From Lingula anatina (taxonomy: Eukaryota; Animalia; Brachiopoda), in contig CM120644.1 in NCBI GenBank assembly GCA_051362555.1, positions 15,150,534 through 15,214,533 on the forward strand: a stretch of 64,000 nucleotides of DNA, in the 5' to 3' direction. The number at the start of each line of letters is the position of its first letter. Positions within the stretch are counted from its first letter, which is position 1. Positions 28,255-41,554 of the stretch are shown here, one piece after another. Both the position numbers and the translations under genes were made by a program. The notes beneath the pieces are model-generated. The model was not told the DNA's origin, made no database searches, and saw nothing but the letters and a program-made list of their open reading frames with translations.

Positions 28255-29480
28255 GTACGTCTCGTTGCCGCGATTATATATACACGTATAAGTAATATAT
28301 CCAGTCAAATGCATGTACCGGTAGTCATATTGTTATATTGGTAGAGTATCGTCTACATGTATTGTATATTTATAAATGCATTCGTTACAGTTGTAATATT
28401 ATTATGTGTTATGTTGCCCATACCTGCCACAAGGCATATGGGGGAAATATGTTTATTACATATAATCGGTCGATTCTGCACAAATTAGTTATGTTGTCTG
28501 AATGTTTTATTAAGATAAAACGGGCTAATTATGTTAACAGTAGCTGACGACTTCTTATTGTGGTGTAATTTCGCCAGATCTGCACTGCAAATGTGTTTAT
28601 TTTTAATGTGAGTCAAGGTAAAGCCGATCCCACGTAAACATCAGACTTGAAGATGCTTAACCACGTTTTATAACCACCATAGCACCATTCGGGAGACCCC
28701 GTCCGATTCCGTTTCCGTAATCCCACGGAAAGCGTAGCCGGGATTAGCCGAATTTGACCGACTTCCAGCACAGACGGTGCATTTTGAGATGACTTGCCGA
28801 GCTGCATTTAATTCCGAATAAACTTAGTAGAAACTGGATCAGCTTGCTTCTGTGACATTCCATTCCTAGTTTTCTTATTGATTATCAATTTAATATGCTG
28901 CCTTTGCATATTGTTATCATTATAAGCATATACATATTCTGTTACATAGGGAAATGTGTGTTATGTTAGCATGCAATATGTCACCTACAGGACACGGCAA
29001 GCCATGTCTTGCATGTGATTTGTCAAACGTAAAACTAAGAAACGTGACCAAGGTTAAATTGTACATGCAGTACATGTACATGTTTATGCAGAAGAAAGGA
29101 TGAGCAATTAGTATAATAAAGCGGCTCACTTACGTGAGGACTAAAGCTACAAACTGTATCGTGTGCCGCAGTGTTGTCAAAAGGAATCGAGTTATATTGC
29201 ATGCAGATGGATTTGATGTACTTTATATATTGTTTAAACAAAAGCATGCACAGAAGTGTTAAATGTGTACTTTAGCACACCGATCTACACATAAAAAAGC
29301 TGCAAATTGCTTTTAGTTTTGTTTTGATTTTTTAAATGTGTAATATAACTATGGTGCTAAAACTTTTTATACACTCAGTATATGCAGATACCGTTATTCA
29401 AGTTCAAGCAGAGGAGAAAAGCTACTGTATGAGTAAACTCCATCGTTTCTTGAAATTTTAATATAATAAAATATAACCAC

Positions 29481-29503
29481 AATAAAAACGTGTTCCTTTT
29501 ATT
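29481..29503. terminator. Back-to-back poly(A) signals: AATAAA on + (29481-29486) and on - (29498-29503)
   Basis: caataaaa-acgtgttcc-ttttattg between the two convergent genes; usage unproven. Confidence 0.3.
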
Positions 29504-30513
29504 GATTTTCTTTAATAATTGGAAAAAGCCTATACAAATAACAAAACGTGGCACCGTTATTTTGTGCTTTAGGACTTGCCATCGCCATATGAGGCATTCT
29601 CTGCTCGCAGTTTTGAAAACACAAACTTCCATCCACGATAAATACAAATATAAACAATATTCAAAACATAACTGTTTCCTTTTGAAGGAATCCTTCGTGG
29701 TGCACGTGAATATGTAATTTAATTACACGAAATACATGTGCCTATACAGCCTGATGTCACATGGCATCCTGATATCAATGTTTCATTTGAAACACATATC
29801 ACATCGCATATGAAGGTCTCGTTTAAGTCGGACATTAGCCTGTAATGCACTTTTTACTGAGGTCCCGTTCCCTATATGACGAAAAAGAACGGTAAACGCA
29901 TATAACGGACGAATTGTCGGCCCAGTGTAGCACGTTGGATGCGAGGTCTACCAAAAATATACAAGTACAGTACAATATACCGTAATTAATAAACACTTAA
30001 GTTAATATAAGTTTCGGTTCACTACCAAGTTGAGCTGCAGCCCGACAGAACCGCTATTCAAATATGGCGCACACTTGAAAACATGCCGCGCAATACCATT
30101 ATGTATTTCCCGCCTCCCGCTGGCGCCGTCCCTGCAGGGATTACGCGACATGCGTTCAAGTGGTTCGCGAGATATTTGAGCCGCGTCTAGTTAGGGAAGC
30201 CTCAACTTGGGTGTGCTCAAAGCCTACAATTATGTTAATGCTGATTATTCACCATTAGTGAATTAATTTTTTCATCGTTATATTAACAGTCATTCTCCCG
30301 ACAAATAAATAACGTTGGACAAAAGCTTGACGATATTAAATATATATAAAATAAAATAAATACACCCGCTCTTTGTATTCTTGACTGATTAAGTCGTGGC
30401 GATATCGTTTCATTGCCTGCAAAGCATGGTGCATCAACATATGCTGTTTGCTAGCAAAATACTTGTGGCTTTTCTTGTCTCCCATGTTGACGAACTCGCC
30501 ATCTATGGTAGCT

Positions 30514-30558
30514 TCATGCGTTGTTATGCAGGGTTGACATTTCCACAGCGGTAGTGGG
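30514..30558 (-). CDS. Gene B candidate alternative terminal exon (PTTAVEMSTLHNNA*)
   Basis: Good acceptor catttctgtgttatcatttcag ending at 30559; phase-0 compatible with donor GAG|GTAACC at 32247. Confidence 0.45.
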   Translation of the reverse strand, partial: PTTAVEMSTLHNNA

Positions 30559-30794
30559 CTGAAATGATAACACAGAAATGATGGCAAAGAAAACAACGTT
30601 ATTTTGAGAACAATTAGTTGCCGGTTAAGAATGTCATTTACAAGACAAAACAAAAAATATCTGCCTTAGAAAATGTGATCATTATAAGATGACTCGTAAT
30701 TAACTCGTATTAGTCGATTAGTGAAAAGATGTAATTAAATTCAAGTTTTGCTTATTTTATATCCGATAAAGATAAATTTGATTACAGCCTACAG

Positions 30795-30952
30795 CCGCAT
30801 TCAGAACAGTGAGCTAACTAGTTCGCAGGTCAAATATGGCCCACCCACTTGAATACTTCCCCACGAGGAATCTATTCAGCGGTTATTAGCGGATAAGACG
30901 CCATATTTCACCCGCGGAATACCGGTAGATAGCCCACTGTTCTGAATGCTAC
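30795..30952. mobile_element. MITE family 1, diverged copy (related relics near 30045-30195, 44030-44110, 53105-53255)
   Basis: gcattcagaacagtg / cactgttctgaatgc TIR; caaatatggc..cccacttgaatacttcccc core. Confidence 0.75.
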
Positions 30953-31366
30953 CTAAATCAGTAGGTTGTTAAAAAATTGATCACAGACTGTTTTAGTAAA
31001 ATATTAACGTTATTAGCCTTATGTTTTGTTGTCAGATGTATAGTGCCGAGTGTCACTATTTCAGCGCGCACGCACCAACACACTTACACACAAACACACG
31101 GTCGCAAAATATTTGTTTTAGTTTCGAACGCAGCAAAAGACAAGAACGGAAGCGGGTCGACGACGCAGATTGCTCGATGCACGTAACTTTTTCATAAGTC
31201 GCAAGAGAAGCGTAAGGGTTGCTAACAAATCATGGCATATATCGATGTGCAAAGCATATTTGTGACTAATTTTACCCCAATGCCGAGTACGTCATATATA
31301 ACAGTTAAATACCCAAAACGATACAGTATAGGTGCATATGAGGCAAAAGCAATACCATGTAGAGAA

Positions 31367-31520
31367 CAGGGCCCATGTAACTCAAAAGCATCGCGCATTG
31401 CGACCGAGAGCAAGCTTCTCGATTCCATAACTCGCCCATACTCGCCCCATATAATATACATTAGCCTCTATGTGGTATCGCTATTCGCAATACGCGATGC
31501 TTTCGAACTACGGGGCCCTG
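31367..31520. mobile_element. MITE-like hairpin
   Basis: cagggccc..aaagcatcgcg.attgcga versus tcgcaat.cgcgatgcttt..gggccctg. Confidence 0.7.
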
Positions 31521-32136
31521 GTTTTCTTGGTTTGCCTCCATGCAGAGGATACACAACACCGTAACCAAGACAATAAGTAGAACTGAAATGTGTTATACAT
31601 GTATAAATGAAACCAATCTAAATCTTATTGACCACCACCAAAAATCAATAAAAATATTTCGAGTTGTTTGCGAGATTACAGACAAAAGAACTGGTCCGAA
31701 AATACTTGATGAATGTTAAATTTCTACAGAAGCACTGGTGAAAATAAATACTAATAATTCTAAATCTACATAAAAAGAATAAATAACAAAAATTAATAAA
31801 TAAATAAAAACAAACAAACAAATAAAAACAAACAAACAAACAAAAACTTTGGGTTTACTAGCCAGTACAATGTACATGTATACTGAATACAGGTATCTTT
31901 TGGCAACGTCAAGTACTATTATATGTTCAAACATTACCTTCCATCTGCTGGACATTTTTCAGAGTCCGGATAACAACAGAAAAGGAAAACATTAACACAG
32001 TAACGACGAAAAAATAAAAATAAAATAAATACGTAATTACACAAAAAAGACAAAAAAGAAAGACATAAATAACAGCACATATGACGAGACCCACACCTTC
32101 TCATAGACTGTAATACACCACGGTACAAAGAGCCGC

Positions 32137-32358
32137 TCAGAGGCATTCGCAAGTGCTGTGCTGCTCGCTGTGGCTGGGGCTGGGGTGTAATGTGGCCACG
32201 GTGGATCGTTTGTGTTTGAGCTTAGAGGAGGAAGCGTGTGCGGTTACCTCGGCACTGGTGTAGTACGTGCTGCTCGGGCGCCGTGGGGAGCTGCTGGAGT
32301 CCTGTGAACCCCGCATCAGTTTGTACTGCTCCCACTTCCGGCGGAGCACCGTAAGGAC
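32137..32358 (-). CDS. Gene B helix 8 and C-tail exon ([12 protein letters not shown]...STCECL*), with internal donor after 32248
   Basis: ttcaag acceptor, VxxxLxxxW motif, Ser/Thr-rich tail. Confidence 0.88.
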   Translation of the reverse strand, partial: VLTVLRRKWEQYKLMRGSQDSSSSPRRPSSTYYTSAEVTAHASSSKLKHKRSTVATLHPSPSHSEQHSTCECL

Positions 32359-32407
32359 CTTGAAACAGATGTTATAAATAGCCATTGAACTGCCCTTAAT
32401 GTAAAAC

Positions 32408-32457
<50 letters not shown>

Positions 32458-35400
32458 GAACACGTCCAGGCGCTAGTAAGCGTGGCACGTTATCTGTTTG
32501 AAAGGGGTACTTTTTGCCATAGCAGTATACATGACGTGAATTGTTAAGGCATTAATATTGAAAACAATAAGATTAAAAAGTAAACGCTCAAGGGGTGATT
32601 TACCTTTTTGGCAAACAGATAAGGCGTTTCAGTAAAATGGTTTTTATACCAAAAGCTAATAAAACAACTGAATTACCTCGCTGTTCAAGAAGCAATAAAT
32701 TAGTGCCACGAAGAAACCCTGAAAAAGGAAAGAGCTGTCGCTTAACTGCATATACATGGCATGCATATGTAAAGTTAACGCTTTAGATGCAGTCGAAGCA
32801 AAAACCTTGTATAATGTTTATCCAAGGACCTGAGTTTTAAAAAAGTCACCAAATCCACCCAAAAATCGGCATCAATATGGACCGATGTGGATCTTACCCA
32901 ACTAAGTTCCCTTTCCAACAAATTTAACCTAATTATCATAGCCGCATTTTTAAATCCAACGTCGAAGGACTTAAAGCAAATTATCACCATGTTTGCTTCA
33001 ATGATTTCTTCATTTATAATAAAGTGACGTCACACACAGTTTTTGGGCTTACCTGGAATGATGTCACAAATGCTGACGCAATCAAGTAGTACGTTTTAGT
33101 GTGGCTGTCTGAAGGGGTGAAAGGGAACAGAACGAACTGTAGTCCCAGCAGAGGTATCAGGATCAACGTAGCTCTCACCGCTTTTCTGAAACAAAACACG
33201 GACAAAAATATGACTTGTGCTATCACGTCATTCAAATGTTTCACGTTTTAGAATATTGCAATAAGACGCATCTACTTTTTCTGCTTTCAGCGGTTAGGCC
33301 TACAGTGATGAGAACATTCGAAAATCCAGACACCCTATCTTATGTGAGTAATTTTATTTTATTTTTTAGTTTTTCTTAAAAAAACGATGCGATTGATTAG
33401 AACGAAACACGTGCAATAGCTGTACATGTGCATGCCTATCAAAGTGATCTTTTTATGCTTGCATTAGATTAAGTTGGGGGTCAGTTTACATCGGCAGGTC
33501 ACAGTTATCAAGAGTGTATGGTTATTATTAACGTAATTCATATCCAAAGCATCAAAGGAATAAAGAAAGGTTGGGAAAACCCGGGATGAGCATTTCATTT
33601 TTTTTAAATCTTATTCTTGTACGGGGAAAATTGGAGAAATTGGGGAAGACTGGAGGATACTCCGAATATTTGGGTGAACCATCTGGGAATTCAACCGCTG
33701 TATGGGCGTGGTGGTCGATTAGAATAATAAGGGGAACGGGTACGTTGATATCACTAGACACAAACCGGTAGTCTGAGCAATGGACGTTACAACACGTATC
33801 CCTGGTTTTCCTACAGACGTTACCATCATATTTGTATATCGTGTAGAGATTCGTCACAAGAATTAAAACACGTTCATAGTAAGAAAACGAAGCAATGGGC
33901 CTTGTGTCATTAATTTCGCAACCACTATATCACAGGGAAGAAGAAAATCCGCGTTGATAGGTCTTCTTTGTTGTCTTGGGTCAGTGACACGCGATTACTA
34001 TTCACCGCCCGACTTATTACAACATGCACGGGGTTAATTACCACTAAAAGAAAAAAGTGTGGGCGTGGCACATAAAGCGCACGTCGCAAGAATTGACTTA
34101 ATACACGGGTACATTTTCCAAACAATGACAATTTGTGAAAGGCGTCAGATGGCAAATTATAGAAAATAAGGAAGACAGCAAGTCGAATCATCTATGGAAC
34201 AGATTGTAAGGCACTTATAGAAGAGCAACAAGTCAAGTTTCCAGGGTAGTCGCAAATCGTCATCAAACAAACTTATGTTTTGGACAGCCTTCGTTCCAGT
34301 CAACCCAGAACGAGGCTACATGTACGTGCGTCTTGTCGAACATTGTCATCAGAATAGCTTCTTGTCTGCAAGGCAACCTGGAAATATTTATTCAATGGAG
34401 GGTCAGTGACATGGACAACGATGCAGACACGAAATCCTGGCCGTTCGCATCATGTTGGAGAAGGACAGTGAGGGCATCTCTAAAGCATGGAGGGGGGGGG
34501 GGCTGCAATACGAGAGCTGCAGCAACAAGGGAACTCCTATATGGACTGGCCTGAAACATGCTCGGAATGAGCAGTGAACGAGAAGCAATCTTCAATACAA
34601 AACATTATACATATCCAGCAGGCAATGACTGACGAGTGAAACAGGCTCCCAATGCAAGCGTCACAGTATCTAGAGACCAAGTTGCTGGATGCGACGTGAT
34701 GCAGTGGTTCAAAGTCAGGTAGGTAAGTACACCACTATTGATCTCCTCATAATTAGCCTACTGTTTCGTATCTGAACCCACTTTTATTGGAATCAATTCA
34801 AAAATGATGTAAATATATCAACTTTTGATAAAAATATTTAGTGAGCGTGAAAAGAAAAGGCACAGCCCCACTGACATTGCCAATAATGACCATTAAAGTA
34901 CGGGGTATACCGTGCAGCGTGACAGGAATAGTTGTGCGGTAGAAACCGTAGTCCGTTCCTGTACAGGAGACCTTCGTCCCTTAAACTAACCCCAATACTC
35001 GGACTAACACTAGCCTGGTGTAATCATGTTGGAACCCCAGACCCCCTCCCCTAAATTTGCCACTGATTCCTGTCACACCGATACAACACGATTTAACCTC
35101 AAAACTTCAAATATGTATTGCGATCTTTTTTTTTTTTAATTAATTATTTAATATTTAATAATTAAAATTATTCGAAATATACTAGTACCACTGTTATAAA
35201 AGCATGGTATATCATTTTTTAGTCCGAGATATATATATGTATACATAATGGGATCGTTAGGCACAGGCAGATACCTGTAACGAAACAAATGTGTTGTTCT
35301 CGTTAAACTGATTCCTTTTTATTTTACTCGTGGGTATCATTCGACTCTCGTTTGGTCTAGACTCAATAAAAAACACTCGTTAACCGTGTTTATCTCTTCA

Positions 35401-38400
35401 GTATATGTAATGCTAATTGAGATATCGACTGACGGTTAGTAATCGCTGCCAAAAAGACTGGAAACAATGTCTAACTCCGCTAAGCCTTCTCGCAAATTGC
35501 AACAACCTTCCGCCCTTGCACAGTATTAACGGATTGTTCTAACTGCGCGTTCGTCTTTTTAAACTAATTCGAACATACTGCAGTCACTTTGTATCAATCA
35601 ATCGACCCTGTTATACGTGCCGACACGCACAAGAGCTTAGAGAAGAGCCTAAAACTGATTGCGTGTGAATCTTCAGCCTGCTTTTTTGCAATATTTGAGC
35701 CTATAGCTATCACCGCCCTTAAATTATGAGATACAAACGTGTAAATCCCTATGGCTTTTGGATTAAGATGTTGGGGAATATGTCTCTCCGCTCAAAACGT
35801 TGAGGGTTGTCTAAACTACCATAAACTAATGATTAAGTCCCGAGCGTGTTGACGACATCTGTAATAGTGGAACATGTCAAAGATCTCTCAAATACATCAT
35901 TAAGCATAATCTTGTTGTCTCAGATGAGCTTATTTTGAATTTTGTGAGGGATTGATTGGCACTATGCAGTTTTCATGGCGACGATTATAATAGCAATCGA
36001 TTGTCAACAGATTCTTGATATAATGTGCGTCACCAACAGACGTCATGAAATAATGACGTCATCAAGTATCTCACCTGCCTTGATTGGTGTCAGGGGAGTT
36101 TACAGCTCTCAGTTTCGTCATCAGCACTCGCACTATGTTACACAAGAATGCCAAGTTAAGCTGAAATTAATGTATTTATAATTAATTCTCAGGGCCAATT
36201 TAAACAAAACATACTCTGCTTTGTCTATTTTTTGTCTAAATATACGAATAATTTACGGATAAACGCAAACAAATGTAGTAACAGTAAAATAAAAGCGATT
36301 TTGAACACACGAGAGACGGGTCTTTACAATAACGGAGTCTTTCATTTTATTCTTCAGATTCCCAAGAAATGATTTTAAATGACATGATTGTTTTTCTTAA
36401 AATTAACCAAATCGATTATAAATGGCATTCACAAAGATTGCAGTGAGTACTTACTAACAAGGAAAATGCCACCGTTCCATTGAGAATCCAAAAATATGGA
36501 CTGTTAATTATCCAACATCTATCAGAAAAAAAAAAAAAAAAACATATAAAGACTGAATTACATAAAGGAAATTAATTTCCATTAGATATTGATTTGAAAT
36601 TCACAGACCATTTGCATTAAATAATGCACTGGTTTTTGACGCCAAGATCGAAATAATGTTGGACCTGGATCCGAAGGCTTGAACAATATGCCTGCCAGAA
36701 AATCAATGTTATATTGCAGTTCAAATCAGATGACGATGAGAATGCAAGTCAACAAATATGTCAAAAAGAAAAAAGGAAATGGACAAATGCGTCAAAAAAA
36801 AAAAAAAAAAAAAAAAAGGAAATGGATAAATGCATAAAAAACAAGGTATCCTTCATTGTTACCTTTATTTGAACTATTATCCTAGTCAATCTCAAATCAC
36901 CTTTTAGTAAGGGAGTAGTTTTTCACAATCTTGATGATCGATTAAAGTGACTGGTTACGTCCCCACTGCTAATATATCAGCTTATACAAATGATCAAACT
37001 TTAAAAGTACCGGTATATGCAGTATGGTGGTACATTAATACATGTATAATATGCATTCACTAATGCCCACATGGACGGGAACATTTTTTCCACATGTACA
37101 TGTACACTGTACTTACTCGTGGGTAGCGTCCCGCAAAATACCACGTATAGAGGCGTATATGAAAGTGATGACCGCGGGTAAACCTGTGGAAATTAATTAA
37201 TTAATTAATGAAGTAAATATAGATGATATATATAAACACATTCTACAAAGATGATTGTGATAAACTAAGTATGAAATGTCCAAAAAAATCACGAAAACTG
37301 GTCATGGCGTCGTATTCATGCATTCTCACCCACAATATAAGAACAATCATCACTGTTACATGTACGTTACACCTAAACACTTACGACTGACGTCACAAGC
37401 ACTTGCGCGTCATATAGGCCTAAACCAGCGACACGAAATCACTGCTATCGCCATTACGTCACATATCAATACGAACTAACTGACGTCACAATAACCTACC
37501 CCATCCTATGACGCAACAACATATGAGCAACGCTTTCCCGGTGGTGAACGCGACCACTATGATTGTGTGTAGATACAGCCCTTCACAAAACATCCAGAAG
37601 TAGTTACACACTGTGAGATACTGCACAAGGACGTGCAGACCCTGGCACCAAAACTAAAATACAGAATATGTGCGGTTACTGCATGTATTCGTGGCCGTCT
37701 ACATGTAGCTATGGGTGAAACTCGCTTGCTTGGACGTGCGTATTTGAACAATGGCTATGTTTAAAAAACGTCCATCGTGCATTAATATCTACAGTATCTA
37801 TCTATCTGTCTATCTATCTACTGTATCTATATTTCAGCCAGTAAATGATAAATCAGGTGCTGATGCCGAAAAAAAAACGGACTTTTAATTTATTTCTATT
37901 ACCAATGTGACCTGTCTCATGCCCAAAAATGACACTTATTTACTGAAGCTGAGAGGGTGTGGGAGCAGTGTCTTGGTGTAATTATTTTCTTAGAATAAAA
38001 ATTATGTGCTTATTCATCGATGTAATAAATAAATAAATAAATAAATAAATAAATTGATTTATATATACTAGTAAGTTAAATAATTAACAGTTTATGGATT
38101 TATTAAGGTACACGATGCGGGACTCTCACCGGGTTAGACACTATCACATCGTGATCTAGGGGCACCTTCAGGTAGTAAATGATCCAACCAACGCCCGTTA
38201 ACACGTAGGACACGAAGAGATTCTTATGTATTGTAATCCTGTCGCAGTGAAGCTGCCTGGAATTAAAAATAATAATTAAATTAAATTGGTGTAGGGGCTG
38301 GGGATCTGGGAGAGAGTGGTAGGGTTCACGTCGATTCTTCCTGATTGACCTTTCAATAATGTAGTTACTGTTTCTAGCGACAATAAAAAAATGAGCAAAA

Positions 38401-39443
38401 TGTATAGAGATGAAAACTGCATGAATAAATAAAACGGCTGTCTTGAATCCGAAGATAAGATTGACTGTTTCCTATTATATTGACATCTGTGGCAACGGCT
38501 TATTGCATTAATGATCAAAGCAATTGGCAAAGATTTCATGTAAAATGACATGCTTTTAAATCTCCTACCCCTACGGTTTAATCGTGTCGTTGGTCGCTTT
38601 TTTACCTTTGTCGTCAAAACAGTCGCACACATTTAAAAGTCATTTTGTAAATTGCAGTACTAACCTATGACTCGTATCTAAAGTGCCGCGTTTCAGTTGC
38701 AACTGAATGCAATGTATATCGGGTAGATACACATTCTTAACATTTTCCAAACATGATTCTTACATAACAGCACAACCCCTCATAGATTTTTCTCTGCATG
38801 TGGCAAGGATAAAACCCCGCCCTGACACATAAACAAGCAAAAAATTCCCCATTAAATGGTCATACGATACTCTGTCTTCCATGGGCTCACTGACAGTTCT
38901 TGTATCGTCTTGTCGTCAAGTGCAATTTAGCAAGTATTTCAAAGCAAGCGTTGTTATTCGGTTAAATCATTGGCGGAGATAATTACAGAAGGGCTGTTCT
39001 GTTGAGGAAGGCAAAGATCATCATGCATTGATAGCCTTAATGCCTTCGCAACAAATCAACAACTGTACAATCACGAGTTCATCCAACCTACTGAAAATAG
39101 AGTAAATTGTTGGACCATGATCGCCAATGCCTGCACCAGGCCTGACACATGATGATGATCAATGGCGGATTTGGGGGGGAAAAATTATATCACACCAATA
39201 TTCCCCTCTTGAAATTAGAATTTTGGCTAGCTAAACCATAGTTCTAAACCGTTCCAAAGGGCACTGTTCGCTACCCAAAACACCCAAAAAAGTTCGGCGT
39301 CGTTGAGCAGGACTCGAACCCCACACCAAGGGGGCGATGGTCAGCTTTGCATCCGAGGCATGTCATTCCGGACCCCCCCCCCCTTTCAAATAATCCTGGA
39401 TCCGCCCCTGACGATGATGATGATGATAATTTTTGTTGATATA

Positions 39444-39502
<59 letters not shown>

Positions 39503-41008
39503 TTACTTGAAAGCAAAGAAAATGACCAAAGAGATGAGTATGGCCAGCGTGGATACACCATACCCGGCTAGATACACGTACACTGCGCTTTTGTTTTCCT
39601 GAAAATAAGTAAATGACAAGGTGAACGCAATTACTAAAGGAATGTGCCAATGCCTGAATATTTGTTTTTATACTGAACGTGCTTTTTAAAGTGTATACAT
39701 CAACCTAGGGTGTCAAATTTGTTTTCTACCAGAGGAACCACGACCAACCGTCGCGCATCCGTTGTGAAAATCGTTTGACTACTGAAACATCAATACCGGG
39801 CAGGCCGTCGCTATGCACTAAACTTCATTTCGTTAAATTCAGTTTTGTGATTGTGAAATGATTATTTAACTACATACTTTTATCGTGTTAAGTAATTATA
39901 TGATTGTATCATCAGCGACGTGTGAGTGTTTTGTCTTGGTCTACCAATGAATAAGTAGGGCTATTTTATTCAGAAGCAAAAGGGTAAGCTGAATAACGAG
40001 TACATACGCGTGCATGTACGTGCTTGTGTGCGTTAAGGGAGGATGTATTGTGTGTGCGCGTGTCCGCGTGCCTGCACATGTCGTGTGTTTGTGTGTATTT
40101 TGTGAGTGCGTTTTTATGCATGCGATAACTAAACGACTATAAAAAATCTACAAATGCAAAATATATTGTATGACATTTTCATTTCCCAAAATCAGTGTGA
40201 ACCTGGCGGAAATTCAATTTTTTCGTAAATTAGCGTGGAAGCCGCATCCAAAAATCAAATAAGCGAAGTATACATTAAACCTGACGAAGATTCAGATCAT
40301 GGACAAGGACAAGGATGTCTCCATCGGGTAAACTAGATAAAGCAGACGTTACCTAACCGCGTGTAGTAAATTAAGGCGGATCGATGCGTCGAGAGGGATG
40401 GTTATGAAGTCTTTAAGCCTGTGTAAATCAGCGTTCCGAGACTGTAAATCCTTGCACGGGGTTATTAAGGCGAGACCGAGCTAATCTTTGTCTGAATTGG
40501 GTGCCAATTTGGCAGAGAACGGTCGAGATAAATTGACTGGAACAATCGTTAAGAGTTTGGATATTTTTTCTCTGTGGGTGTCTGCATGAGCAGTAGATTT
40601 CGACTTAATCCCGGAACAGCGCATTTATCCAATTGAATATTTTGAAAGGGTTGACAGGGGCGGATTTAGGCCGTCTTCTGGTCTTCCAGAAGACGGTCAT
40701 ATTTTCAAGTTTACATTGACGGGGATCTAATTTTTTTCTGTTTGAAGACGGTCAAAAGTAGAGGATGGATCAATAAAGATAATTTGGAAGACTATCAAAA
40801 TATATCTGGATCCGCCCTGGTTGATGTGTGTAAATGCGAAAAAATCTAAGGAAACTATGTTTTTGCGAAAGTACACGTTGAACGCGAAAGAAACATATCC
40901 GTTATCTTATTGATTTTCAGCATTTTGGTTGGCATACTGCCGCCTTAAATGTTTCATTCAATTGAATTGTTGCGCAATGGTACCATGGACTTTTATTTAT
41001 TTATTTAC

Positions 41009-41043
<35 letters not shown>

Positions 41044-41522
41044 CATTACTTTCGTTGTTGTTGTTGCTGTTGTTATTATTGCGTGTATATCTTTAAGCCT
41101 AAATACATTTAACATATAAGGCTGGATAGGCATGCCTACCGTCATCTTTTCCTCGTCCATGCAGTTGTAATACTTAGTAAAGACGGCGCCAGTGTCGGGA
41201 CGTCTCCACCATGTGCCATTGGATGTGCATTCTTTGTACGCTTGCGCTAAAATGATACGAAAAGGCGCTTTAAATACATGTAGAAATTACTTGCTTTTTT
41301 TTCATTTTACTGTATCAAAAGATAATTTGTTTTGAAACCATTGCTTAAATGTATAATCTATAGACGGTAAATACATCCGGTAGAGAGAACTTATAAATAC
41401 TACATTGTAAGTATATAACACCCGAGTAAGAAATCTTCCAAAAATGCAGTTAACAAATCAGGAAAAAAGGTTAGTTTGTAATATTTATAGTCAGACAGAT
41501 TTTTCTGTATATCCATCCATCC

Positions 41523-41554
<32 letters not shown>

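Noticed and set aside
32137-32151. C-terminal CECL of gene B as a CaaX prenylation signal
   Set aside because: Poor fit to the aliphatic requirement; palmitoylation or no modification is equally likely.
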